This document shows, one piece after another, positions 49,796 to 61,254 of a stretch of DNA of 64,000 nucleotides (its first letter is position 1; the number at the start of each line of letters is the position of its first letter). Where the stretch lies: positions 39,848,777 to 39,912,776 of the forward strand of contig NC_092390.1 of the NCBI RefSeq assembly GCF_030028105.1. The letters are read 5' to 3'. This DNA comes from Mobula birostris (lineage: Eukaryota). The notes below the pieces were generated by a model, which was not told where the DNA came from, did no database searches, and worked only from the letters and a program-made list of their open reading frames with translations. The translations under genes and the position numbers were made by a program.

Positions 49796-50413
49796 TTGTG
49801 GTGAGTCAACTCTTCACCTGTGAGTCTTTTGGGGTCATCTACTCTAGCCGGTGCTCCTGGTCTGGCCTCCTGTATTTTGGTGAGATCCGATGTAGATTGG
49901 GAGACCGCTTCGCTGAGCACCTACAGTCCATCCACCAGAAAAAGTGAGATCTCCTGGAGGTCACCTATTTTAATTCTACTTTCTATTCCCATTCCGGCAT
50001 GTCAGTCCATGACCTCCTCTATTGCCATGATGAGGCTACACTCAGGTTGGAGGAGCAACACCTTATATTCCGTCTGGGTAGCCTCCAAAGTGATGGCATG
50101 AACATCAATTTCTTGAACTTCTGGTAATTGTCTCATCCCCCTCCCCACCTTTCACAATTCCCATTCCTTTTTCCTTATCTCTTTATCTGCCCGTCATCTC
50201 CCTCTGATGCTCCTCCCTCTTCCCTTTCTTCCATGGGCTTCTAGCCAGTCCTATCAGATTCCCCTTCTCCAGCTCTTTGTCTCTTTCACCAATCAACTTC
50301 TCATCTCTTTACTTCACTCCTCCCCCTCTCCCAGTTTCACCTATCACCTACCCCTTTGTACTTTTTCCTCACCTCCCCCTACCTTCTTGCTGTAACTTCT
50401 CATCTTTTCTTTC

Positions 50414-50451
50414 TGGTCCTGATGAAGGGTCTCGGCCAGAAACGTCAACTG
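50414..50451 (+). ncRNA. Minimal hammerhead motif, core intact, stems partly mismatched
   Basis: TGGTC CTGATGA A GGGT CTCG GCCA GAAAC GTC AACTG. Confidence 0.5.
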
Positions 50452-52078
50452 TTTACTTTTTTCCATAGGTGCTACCTGGTCTGCTGAGTTCCTCCAGCAT
50501 TTTGTGTGTATTGTTAAGTGCTACACCTGCCCATTCACCTCCATTCAGGGCCCAAGATGGTCCTTGGAAGTGAAGCAACACTCTACGCATGAATAGGCTG
50601 GGGTCATTTATTGTGTTCAGTGTTCTCAATGCGGCCTCCTCTACATTGTCCATTCATTTCTCCCTGCCAATCTGCCCTCTGGCACTTATCCCTGCAAGCG
50701 GCCCAACTGCTACACCTGCCATTCACCACCTCCCTGACCTTCATTGAGACCACCAAACAATCCTCCTAGGTGAGGTAACACTTGCCTGCAAAACAGCTGG
50801 CGTTGTAGATTGTGTCCGGTGCTCCCGATGCGTCCTCCTCTACATTGGTGAGCCCTGTCGTAAATTGAGGGACTGCTTTGATGAGCACCTCCACTCCATC
50901 CACCAAAAGCAGAACTTCCCGGTTCCCAAACATTTTAATTCTGATACCCATGCCCATTACGACATGCCAGTCCATGGTCTCCTCTTGTGCCAAGATGAGC
51001 CCACCCTCAGGATAGAGGACTATTACCTTATATTCTGTCTGGGCAGCCTCCAACCTGATGACATGAATAATTTCTCCTTCCGGTAAAAAAATGATTCCCT
51101 CCCCGTCACCTCTTCTATTCCCCACTGCAGCCTCTTACCTCTTCTCAACTGCCTATCACCTTCCCCTGGCTCCCCTCCTCCTTCTCTTTCTCCTATGGTC
51201 CTCTCTTCCCTCCTTTAAGATTCCTTCTTCTCCAACCCTTTATCTTTACAACCCACCTGGCTTCACCTATGACCTTTTAGCTGTCTTCCATCCCCTGCCA
51301 CCTCTTTTATTCTGGCATCTTCCCCCTTCCTTTTCAGTGCTGAAAAAGGGTTACGGCCTAAAACATCGGCTATTTATTCCTTTCCATAAAGTTCCTCCAG
51401 CATTGTGTGTGTTAATTTTAATTTTGTAACGTCCTTTAAGATCTGTTTATTATATTTTGCATCTTAATTTGGATTCTCTCTATCTTCATTGCCAATACAA
51501 AAAAAATCAGAAAATGAGTTTCCTCTTCAGCGTATCTTCTAAATTTTAACTCCATTATTTTCTTTAAATTTGTAGAAGATTGACAAATAATTCTTTGAAT
51601 TACTCTAAGCTGGAATGCCTTTATGCATTTATCTATATCACTGGCTGATTATCTTTCAGAAATGAAAATGAGTGTTGATAGCATTTTACATATGAGCTTT
51701 CAGACATGCTCTTGCGTTTCAGAGGAAGAGAGAATAAATGTTCTCAGGAAATTTTTTACATGTTATACCAAACTTAAGTGAATTGTTAAAAAGCACAAGA
51801 AATGTGCAAACTCATTTAACTTGGTTATGTGGTTTCTGCAGTTGAGTTTGCTGCACATTCATTCACCATCTTATGTGTAAAGCTAAATCAACACCTTTGT
51901 GAGTAGTTAGACAAAGCAATCAGAGCCACACTCTGGCCATCAGAAATTACAAGAACAGATAACGTAAGCTCTTAACTTCTGGACTGAAATTCAAAATTAT
52001 AAATGGAGAATTATCTGAGTAACATACAGTTTTCATGTTAGTAAAACCTGAACAGCGGGAGCCAATATGCATAAAATG

Positions 52079-52830
52079 CAGTGGGTTCTGGTTAATTGAG
52101 ACATATCGCAACCAGTACATTTTGGCCCAATTAAGCAATTGTCGCAATTAGCCAAAGTAGTTAGAAAGGCATAAAAATGACAGACTGAGTAAGAAATTAA
52201 GTATTTAACTAAAATACAGAACAAGTTATAACACTACTTATAGCACTATGGTACTATAACTCTACATATTAGTTCCTAATAGTTATTGACAGAGGAATTC
52301 ATCCAGTGCATGCAATGAACAAAATCAGCACAGACACCTAGTGCAGATAATGGACTGCCTTCATACACTGCTTTCAATGACTGCATCCTCCAAATTTTCA
52401 TTTTTATTGTAAAATTCAAGATGAATGTCTATACCTGTAAATAAAGTAGTGAAAAAGTTTCATTTTCACTCCTGGCTGTTTCTGGCATCTTCACGCCTGA
52501 ATGCTTGAAACCACAGTGAACAAAACGGTTCTGAATTGTCTTACTGCTTATTTCTCGCCAACTATCAGTGACAAAAATTACTGCTTTTTGAACACAAACG
52601 CATACACCTGATGCTATTCAAAAACTATTCACAATAGCGTCTAACAGTCTGGCCACACAAGTGTGTGCGAACGACACTAGTTTGGCCACAGTCTCCTTCC
52701 CCAACTAAGTGTCATGGTGTCCCAAATAATTGAAGGGAAATCCTGGCAATTTTCATGAAAAATTTTTGTTCTTTAAGAGTTGTCCCAAAAAAGTGGCTGC
52801 CCCAATTAACCAATTAACTGGAATCCACAG
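52079..52830 (-). mobile_element. Tigger/Pogo-type non-autonomous transposon (752 bp) with a transposase C-terminal remnant
   Basis: TIRs CAGTGGGTTCTGGTTAATTG and (reverse complement) CTGTGGATTCCAGTTAATTG, flanked by TG/TA. The minus strand encodes VQKAVIFVTDSWREISSKTIQNRFVHCGFK, the pogo-family C-terminal motif. Confidence 0.85.
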
Positions 52831-52924
52831 TATTGGATGTTGGGATAGGAAATGTAGCACTAACTTTATTAATACTGCTTGCAACTGTCTAAAGAGCAAT
52901 GCTTCCAAGTAAAGTTTGGTAAAC

Positions 52925-55900
52925 CTGGGCATATGAATATAAGAATCAGGAACAGGAGTAGGGCATTCATTTCCTCGAGTCTGCCCTATTATTCAATAAG
53001 ATCATAGCAGATTTGATTGTAACCATCATCATATCTTGTCACACCAGACAGCCAGCCACTCTAGTGTTGTTTGGTTGATGTTGAGCAGGTCAGTGTCAGC
53101 GAAATCAGGTGAGGGTGGGCAGTTGCACAGAACGTCTTCAATGTTCTGCACCCTTTTGCCACACTCACAGGATTCGTTGGTCTTTAAACCCCACTTTACC
53201 ATATTGTCTCCCGTCCTACAAACTCCCGCTCGCGCTCTGTTGAGAGTGCACCACTTCCCTCTGTCAAGCAGTGCCTCATCTGGTAACATTTCTGTGGGGT
53301 CTTGCACTGTATTGTTTGGTGGGGTTCTGGCTTCTGTTTGTTGCCAGAGGTCAATCCTATATGTTTGGGGGGATATTCCGTGCGGTAGTTCCTCCACAGT
53401 AGCAAAGCTTTTCCTCAATTTTAGGCAGTTGGAAACTGGCACATGATGATGTAGTGGGTGCCGTGGATCCGAGTTCTGTTTACCTTTTTCAATTTTTGTT
53501 GTAGTGTGTCTTCGGATCTCTGGGGGAGCAATGCCTGCAAGTCTGTAAGTGACGTTAGTGGGTGTGGGGTGCAGTGTGCCCGTGATTATTCAGCAGGCTT
53601 CATTAAGCAACGGGTCTATTTTCTCCGCATGGGCTGATCTGCCCTACACAGGTGCACAGAATTCTGCAGCTGCATAGCAGAGTGCTAGGGCAGTTGATCT
53701 AAGTGTGTGAGCATTAGCTCCCCATTTCCTTCCTGCTAATTTTTTCAAGAGAGAATTGCGAGAGCCAACTTTCCCTCGGCGTTTTTGGATGTGGGTGGCA
53801 AATGAGAGCGTCCTATCCAGTGTCACGCCCAGGTAAATTGGAGTCGGATGGTGTTCGAGCTCCTTCCCACACCAGAAGATGTTGAGTTTCCGAGCTGCTT
53901 CTCGATTCCTCAGGTGGAATGCACACACTTAAGTTTTTGATGGATTTGGGTTCAGAGACCATTTTTCATAATACTGCTTCATTGCCTCGAGGACTGCTGT
54001 AAATCGTACTTCAGCTTCTTGGAAGGAGTTAGCTTGTGTTGCTATGCATAGGTCGTCTGTATAGATAAACCTGCACGTGTTAGGAAAGGCTGGTTGGTCG
54101 TTTGTGTAGACATTAAATAGTAGAGGTGCCAGGACTGATCCCTGTGGTAGTCCGTTCTTTTGTGGACGCCACCTACTCTTAATTCCATTCATTTCTACAT
54201 TAAATCTACGATTTTCTAGGAGGCTTCTTATTAGTTTGACTGTGGTTTCATTCTTCAACATTTTAGATAATTTCATTAGAAGGTCCATGTGATTCACAGT
54301 GTTGTATGCTGCTGTTAAGTCAATGAATACTGCCCCTGTAATTTGTCGCATTTCAAAACCATCCTCAATATACTGGGTTAAGTTCAGGACTTGACTGCAG
54401 CAAGAACGGCCTGGCCTGAACCCAGCGTGGTCTGGTGTTAGATGGTCTTTGACTAAGGGGGATATTCTTTTCAGTAAGAGTATCTCTTAGAGTTTATAGA
54501 GGGTGCAGAGCAAGGAAATCGGTCTGTAGTTTTTAGGAATGTTGAGGTCTTTATTGGATTTTAGGAGAGCAAAAACTTTGGCTCTTCTCCACGTTTTAGG
54601 CATCTTTAATGGTCTTAGGCATAAGTTAAAAAGGGACAGAAGCCAGTGGAGTGCTTTAGGTCTAACATGTTTAAGGAATCCATTAAGAATCCCATCTATG
54701 CCAGCAACATTGTTGAATTTTAGCTGTGATACTTTATCCTTTAATTCTTCTAGAGTGAGACGTGGGAAGTTATTATTCCCGTTTGAGAGAGCTGACTCCA
54801 TCTCCTGATGTTGCTTTTTCTTTTGCCTCCATTCCTTGTTATTTGGTTGACCATTTAGTATCAGTTGGTGGGCAACCTGATTGAGTGTTACGGCAGCAAT
54901 TCTCTGTGGTGGTCTATAGTCTGAGTTGAGTTTCCAAACAGTTGCCCATGCTTTCTTATTGTTCTTGGTCATTCTGTGTTTTCTATCAGTTCCTGCCAAC
55001 GCTGTTGTCTCTCTTGGCTCAGTAGGGACAGAACTGACTCTCCCATTTCAATTGTGTCTTAACCAAATGGGTCTTGGTCGTATAAGTTGACATACTCATC
55101 ATAACTTTGCTTGTTATCACTAGTCAATCCCTGAATATATTTGGTTCTGCAGCCTCTAGGTATGTTCTGCTGTGCTACTTTCCAGATTAGTTGGACAAAT
55201 TCATCATAACGATCAGGTTCTGGTGGTATGGTATTGATAAGGTGATCAAGGGATTCTGCGAAAGATGTCCAATTTGCTTTTCTCAGGTTAAATCTTGGTA
55301 GGTACTTTGATGGCACAGGTCTCAGAACTGGAAGGAATTCTACCTGGACTGGACGATGTTGGGATTTGGGTATATGTTGGAGGACTGTTCGTGTGAAGAG
55401 GTTGGAGCTTGCCGAGGTAACAAAAGCAAGGTCTGGGTTGTGTCCTTTCCTCCATCTGGCACTTGTGAAGGTAGGGGTGTCCTTTGACTTGTATAGTAGC
55501 TCAAGGTTGTTTAGAGCCCATGATACAACAAAGGGTAAAAGGATTATAACCATACTCCTGCATTACTGTCCACTTATGGTAATATTTCACTCTTCTACTT
55601 ATAAATATTCAAATACTGCTTTCATTGTGCCCTGAGGGAGAAAATTTTGCTTCATCTCTGTCTTAAGAAGGTAACTTCTCATTCTTAAAAAGTGTCCCCA
55701 GATCATAGAATCCCCCACAAAGGGAAGCATCCTGTCAACATTCACCCAGTCAAGGCCTCTTAGTGTCTTGCATATTCCAATGATTACTTCTTAGTCATCT
55801 AAACTCCAATGGATGCAAAACAAATCCTGCCAACCTTTCCTCGTAAGGCAACCTGCCTAGTTCAGGAATTAGTTGAATGAACCTTCTTTGAGATGTTCCC

Positions 55901-56130
55901 AATGAATAACACTCTCTTTTTTAAATTAGGAGACCAGTACTGCACACAGTACTCTAGTTGTGGTCTCACCAATGGCATTTATAACTGAAGCATAAACTCG
56001 CTGCTTTTATATTTGACTTCCTGGCAGTAAATTCTCACATTGTTAGATTTCCCAATTACTTCCTATGCCAGCATATTAGCATTTTCTGAGTCCTGCACTG
56101 ATGCATGCAGATTCCTCCACACCTCAGAGC
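52925..56130 (-). mobile_element. Old CR1 3' fragment split by the Vingi insertion (52925-53026 and 55554-56130)
   Basis: CR1 tail-type ATAAGAATCAGGAACAGGAGTAGG...ATTCAATAAGATCAT continues after 55553 into CCAGTACTGCACACAGTACTCTAGTTGTGGTCTCACCA. Confidence 0.7.
53027..55541 (-). mobile_element. 5'-truncated Vingi/Ingi-group non-LTR retrotransposon, disrupted single ORF
   Basis: PTFTSARWRKGHNPDLAFVT, RFNLRKANW, NIPRGCR, NYRPISLLCTLYKL, HAGFRPGRSC, AVFIDLTAAYNTVNH, NGLPQGSVLAPLLFNVYTNDQP, YTDD, YLGVTLDRTLSF and C-terminal WCTLNRARAGV...CECG...CNCP. TGATGATG tail right after the stop. TSD GATTGTAACCAT (53015-53026) / GATTATAACCAT (55542-55553). Confidence 0.85.
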
Positions 56131-56499
56131 TCTGCAATCTCTTACCTTTGGAAAATACGTCCCCCTTTTATTTTTTCCACTTATTATCTTTCTGTTTCCT
56201 TCATGTGCAGATCTATATCAAGGCTGTCAGTGTCAAACTGCAAGGAGCTGTTGTAATAAATGGCACAAGAAACAACAGTTACCAAGTCTGAAATCAATCA
56301 GGCAGTGAAATCAGGATTGCTTCTGTGGAGTGAGCAATGGTTCTTACCCCCTTAGCTCATAATGCCATATTTACCAACAGAGCAGTGCTACAACTTCACT
56401 GCATCCATTAAAACTGTGATTGGGAGGTTAATTAATAGAGTGAAGACAATGATTCATTGCCTGGATTACCCTGTTTTGTGATTGTTGTTACTTATGAAA

Positions 56500-58510
56500 A
56501 CTAGTCCTTCAGGAGGTTGATGACCCCAGGTTACCCCACTGATGATGTGTCCCAGTGCATCCTAGAGTGTATCTTAGCATTAATTCTGAATTTCCTATAA
56601 CTCTTCCCTTTCTGATCTCAGCTCTAATCCTTGCCGTGTCTTCACCATGCCCTCTGAACTTCCCCTCTCTAAGGTGGAATGTTCTGTCCTCAGGAAGGGC
56701 CTTATCTTTGTTCCCCTTCACCTGCACTTCAATGAGTTCCATGTCTGCCATGACTCCGAGCTCTTCTCCTGTCACTTCCATCTCCGAGCCCTCTTCTTTG
56801 GAAAGAATTCCACACCCCACATCGATGACCCTTCCTCCCATCTCTAACTCTCCTTCTCTTCTTGGACACCCTGCCCTGATTCTCCGCCTGCTCTGGATCT
56901 TTTCATCTCGAATTGCCAATGAGACATCAACACTTCTCTCTCCTCCTTCAACCTTACCCCTTCTGAATGCACTGCCCTCTACTCTCTGTGCACAAACCCC
57001 AACCTTGCCAGTAAGCCCACAGACAGAGGGAGTATAATTGTAGTGTGGTGGACTGACCTCTACCTTGCTGAGGCCAGGTGGCTTCTCTCCCTTGAAGAGG
57101 TTCACACTCCAACCATCAAAAAAACTGTCTCTGCCACCATCACTAACCTGATCAACTCTGGAGAATTCCCATCCACTGCCACCAAAGTCTTTGTTCCCTT
57201 ACCCTGTGCTACTCACTTCTACCTTCTACCCACAAGATCCACAAACATGACTGTCTGGGTAGGCCTATTGCCTTTGCCTGCTGCTGCCCAACTGAACTCA
57301 TGTCCTCATACCTTGACTCCATTCTATCCCCCTTGGCTCAATGCCTTTCCACCTACATCCATGACTCTTCTCATGCTCTTGATACCCTCAGTAACTTTCA
57401 ATTGCCTGGCTCTGACCACCTCATTTTTCACCAGAATGTCCAGTCCTATCCTTCATCAAGAAGGCCTTAATGATAACTGCTGCTTTCTCAATAAAAGAAC
57501 CAGCTAGTTCCCCACCACCACCACCCTCCTCCATCTGGCAGAACTGGTCCTCACCCTCAACAATTTTTCCTTTGCCTCTTCCCACTTTCTCCTATCTACC
57601 ACCGCATGAGCTTCTGCATCCAACACATCATCCTCCACAACTTCCTCCATCTGCAAAGTACCTCCCCCTCACACCTTCCACAAGGATGCCCTTGTCCATT
57701 TACCTTTCCCCATTAATCTCCCTCCTAGCTCCTATCCCTGAAAGCAGCCAAAGTGCTACACCTCCTCCCTCACCATCATTCAGGGCCTCAAACAGTCCTT
57801 CAAGGTGAGGCAACACTTCACCTGCAAATCTGCTGGGGTAATCTATTGTGTCCAGTGCTCCCGGTGTGACCTCCCCTACATTGGTGAGACCCATCCTATA
57901 TTGGAGGACCACTTCATTAAGCACCTCTGTTCCATTCACCAGAAGCAGAACTTGCTGGCGGCCAAACATTTTAATTCTGATACCCATTCTCGTTCCAAGA
58001 AATCAGCCCATGGCCTCCTCTTGCGCTAAGATGAGGCTACCCTCAGGGTGTAGGAGCAACAACGTATATTCTATCTGGGCAGCCTCCAAACTGATGGCAT
58101 GAATATCAATTTGTCCTTCTGGTAAAAAAAAATTCCCTTCCCCCTCCCTCCTTCTTCTATTCCCCACTCTGGTCTCTTACTTCTTCTCATCTGTCTATCC
58201 CCATCTGTGCCTAGGTCCCATCTTCTTCCCTTTCTCCTGTATTCCACTCTCCTCTCCATCAGATTCCTTCCTCTCCAGCCCTTTATCTTTCCTACCCACC
58301 TAGCTTTACCTTTCACGTTTTAGCTAATCCTTCTTTCCCTCCCCTCAACTTTTTACGCTGGCATTTTCCCCCTTCCTTTCCAGTCCTGACGAAAGGTCTC
58401 AGCCCGAAATGTCGACTGTTTATACACTTCTTTAGATGCTGCCTGACCTGCCGAGTACCTCCAGAATTTTGTATGTCTTGCTTTGGATTTCCAGTGTTCG
58501 CAGACTTCCT
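56500..58510 (+). mobile_element. Internally deleted PLE (ORF N-terminal part, RT remnants, GIY-YIG, 3' UTR and terminus)
   Basis: ELPLSKVECSVLRKGLIFVP, RQHFTCKSAGVIYCVQCSRCDLPYIGET...HFNSDTHS. Terminus with hammerhead motif at 58381-58418. Confidence 0.85.
58381..58418 (+). ncRNA. Minimal hammerhead motif with perfect 5-bp stem I
   Basis: CAGTC CTGACGA A AGGTCTCAGCCC GAAAT GTC GACTG. Stem I CAGTC/GACTG is perfect; stems II and III carry substitutions. Confidence 0.5.
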
Positions 58511-59729
58511 CATGTTTATGGTCTCTTTTAACTATGTCTTTACTAGCTTAACCAAGAGCATCAGACCACAGGGGTCTCTTAGGCTGCACCTCCAGGATTG
58601 CAGTATTTAGTTTTTATCTGCAGGAGAGACTGAAGTTTAATGAGATGTTGTGTAAGAGAAAAGGAATAGACAGATTTTCCAGTAAAAGTTCCCATGGTCT
58701 TCATTGATTCATTGCAATGAGGAAAAGTTTCAGAATGAAAGTGATTGGCTTAACCGAGATTCTTGCCATATGCTACACCCCAGAGAATGACATCAGAATC
58801 TACAGGCAAGTAGTGTTAATCATAAATTGTATTTTTTTTCTTTGCAAGATGCATAGCTGTCTCCTTTTCCATAGTTTAATCAGCTCTCATGAGTGCTGCA
58901 GTTCCCTTTACATGTAAGATTACTGTATCTAAACTTGCCTTGAGATTTCGTGAAGCTGGGAGTGATGTCTCTGGTATGCTGGCAACAAACACTGCCCGAT
59001 AATTGCTTTTAGTATGGAATTTCATGCCTTCACAGGATCCTACTTTAGCCATTAAACATAATATAGAATTGAATATAAAATAGTTTATTTTACAAAGATG
59101 AACAAGCACAAGAAAAAGGGCTGTTTAATAAATTAAATACAATTAGATATTTACAGTAGGCAATCTTTTAAGTAACTCTCTAATAAAAGAACTAACTTCT
59201 ACAAATTAAATAAATCTTTGCAGATAACTTGTAATTAGAAGCAACATTCACCTTCCAAATGTTAGAGATTTAAACCACCGGGGTGCTTCTTTGTGACATT
59301 GCTTGCTTTGATTCAAACTAAGTGGACTCACTTCGATCTTTAATATCCTGAAAAAGAGATGAACAAGGAGTGATAGCTTTTTGGAAAAGCAGGCAAAAAT
59401 ATGGAAAAAGAATCAAAAATACATTGAATATAAATATTGTTATTTTTGCCTCTGTTGAAGGAAGCATAGAGAGTGACTCGATTGTAAATTACCTTTATAA
59501 TAGAGACCATAAACAGAGAGACATAGAGCAGGAAATCATAGTGCATGCAAAGTTGAAGCTTGTTATTATTGGGGTTATCTTGCAATTATAGTTAACTTTT
59601 GTAGGAGCCTGCAGAATTATAAAAAAATCATTTAAGTTAATTGATTTTGTTTACATTATCTGTGGATGAGGGTTAATGTTTGCTTTGTACTTGTAGCTCA
59701 AAATATTGTTGATGTTGCTTTTTGTTCAA

Positions 59730-60600
59730 TGATTCAATGCTTCCATTTAATATCAGAGAATATATACAATTTGCAACCTGAAATTCTTACTTGCCGCACA
59801 CATCCTTGAAGCAGAAGAAAAACCTCAAAGAATGAATACTAGAAAAAAACAAAATAACCCCAAAGCCCCCTGCCCCCTCTCACAGACAAACAGCAGTAAA
59901 CAGCATCAACTTTCCCCCTCCCCTTCTCCCATTTATTCTAGCAGAAAACATCAGCATTCTCACCACCTACCAGGCAAGCAAAAGCAAGTCCTCAAAGAGA
60001 GACCATGGTACATCAAAGCCTAACTGTTTATTCCAACAACTTGACGTCCCTCAGGATCTCTCTTGAACTAACAAGGAGAGACAGATATCACTCCTTCCAC
60101 AGCGAGAGAGGAGACAGACAGTTGCTGTTTCGATGTTACAGTCACAGTCTGAAGCGTCACTTTTTACTTCAAGTTCCCCGACTTGAGAATTGGCTGCAAG
60201 CTCTCACTCACCATTGAGAGAGAGAGAGAGTGGGGGGGGGGGGAGAGCAAAAGTGATCATCCAAGAGCAGAGGCCTCCGACAGCTGCTCTCGCTGTCCTG
60301 ATGTACCGGCTGCCCGCAACGCTACAATTCAGGATACTGGGGAGAACTTGTGTCCATAGGCCCGCACAAGGCTGCACCTCAAAGGCGCTTGACTTTGGAA
60401 CACATCTAGAGATTTCAAAATGAGGCCAATTGGCGAGCTCCAAGAATGGGAACACACCACCTTTCAGAACTGCGGTTTGAGAGCTGCTGTAGATCACAGA
60501 CTCCAACAGGGCCCCAGCCACCTTGAAAAGGAAAATAAAGATATTTGAAGAGAAAGAATTTAACTGTTTCGCTGATGGGCTGGGAGAAGACACCCGTTGG
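59730..60600 (-). mobile_element. Non-coding retroelement with a Rex1-like 3' terminus and internal (GA)n/(G)n tract
   Basis: The terminus is the reverse complement of 18500-18570. Same family as the element spanning the gap. Confidence 0.65.
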
Positions 60601-60789
60601 CACTATCTTTACTTCTGCCCCACCCCCCCAGTTGTAAGATTTATCACGGAATATTCCTGTGGTCTGTCTTATTTTCTTGTAGGAGGTCCCTCTGGATCAA
60701 GGATGACTGACTTCAATTCTGATTTTCTGGGGTCAGAGGTGGCTAATGAGGCCAATGTAGGGAATACAGACTGTTTCACAGATGGGGTA

Positions 60790-61058
60790 TGATGTTGATG
60801 ATAATGATGATGATGTCGACTCAGACCTGAGAGGCCAGCGTCGGGCATTTTCATGCCTTACAAGGTGCAGTTCGAAAGGCTGTGTGGGACGCTACTCCTT
60901 GCACAGACATTTCACAGTATTATTTTACGAGGCCCAGTTGTGAGCTCGACATCAACCCGGTGCGGATGGAGAGCGCGCACGGGGGCGGTCTGTCACTGGA
61001 TCGAACTCGGGAACCTCCGTTCTCGAGCCTGGCGCTGATCTCACTGTGCCACCAGCCG
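60790..61058 (-). mobile_element. Young tRNA-derived SINE (269 bp), (CAT)n tail, perfect 12-bp TSD
   Basis: Minus strand: A-box TGGCACAGTG, B-box GAGTTCGATCC, tail CATCATCATCATTATCATCAACATCA. ACAGATGGGGTA occurs at 60778-60789 and 61059-61070. Many intact CpGs. Confidence 0.9.
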
Positions 61059-61254
61059 ACAGATGGGGTAGCCGGTGTTTAATGGGGTGAGTTGCCGAGG
61101 CAGTTTGTGAGATGGAGCACTCCCTCCACTGCTATGGAGCTGCTTCTGGTGTGCTCCCAATGCCCGACCTCAAGGTCTTCAGTATCATCCCACTTTGTGT
61201 AGTCATGGCACAGAGGAGCAGTGGAAATTATGCATTTCATCAAGGAGGCTGTGT

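Larger units (their letters stand above)
49156..51415 (+). mobile_element. Head-to-tail array of three 5'-truncated PLE units (RT C-terminus/linker and GIY-YIG endonuclease)
   Basis: CKNVISFSQFFRLLCTCSQDKAFHSRT (49160-49430). GIY-YIG starts (VIY...C..CGLLYIGE-like) at about 49800, 50570 and 50770. Termini at about 50510 and 51410. Confidence 0.88.

Noticed and set aside
56509-57507. Long overlapping ORFs of 154-198 aa on both strands
   Set aside because: They are out-of-frame or antisense readings of the pyrimidine-rich, decayed PLE ORF.
1-58510. Many dispersed near-identical palindromic repeats resembling a CRISPR array or REP elements
   Set aside because: They are not regularly spaced, have no unique spacers or cas genes, sit in eukaryotic DNA, and are PLE termini adjoining GIY-YIG sequence.
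59340-59591. 73-aa ORF (…RDIEQEIIVHAKLKLVIIG…) as a host exon
   Set aside because: It more resembles a very decayed CR1 endonuclease segment and has no convincing splice signals.
12234-61058. A-box/B-box tRNA-like segments at 12234, 47195 and 61058
   Set aside because: No complete cloverleaf is evident and each continues into a SINE body and tail; they are called SINE heads, not tRNA genes.
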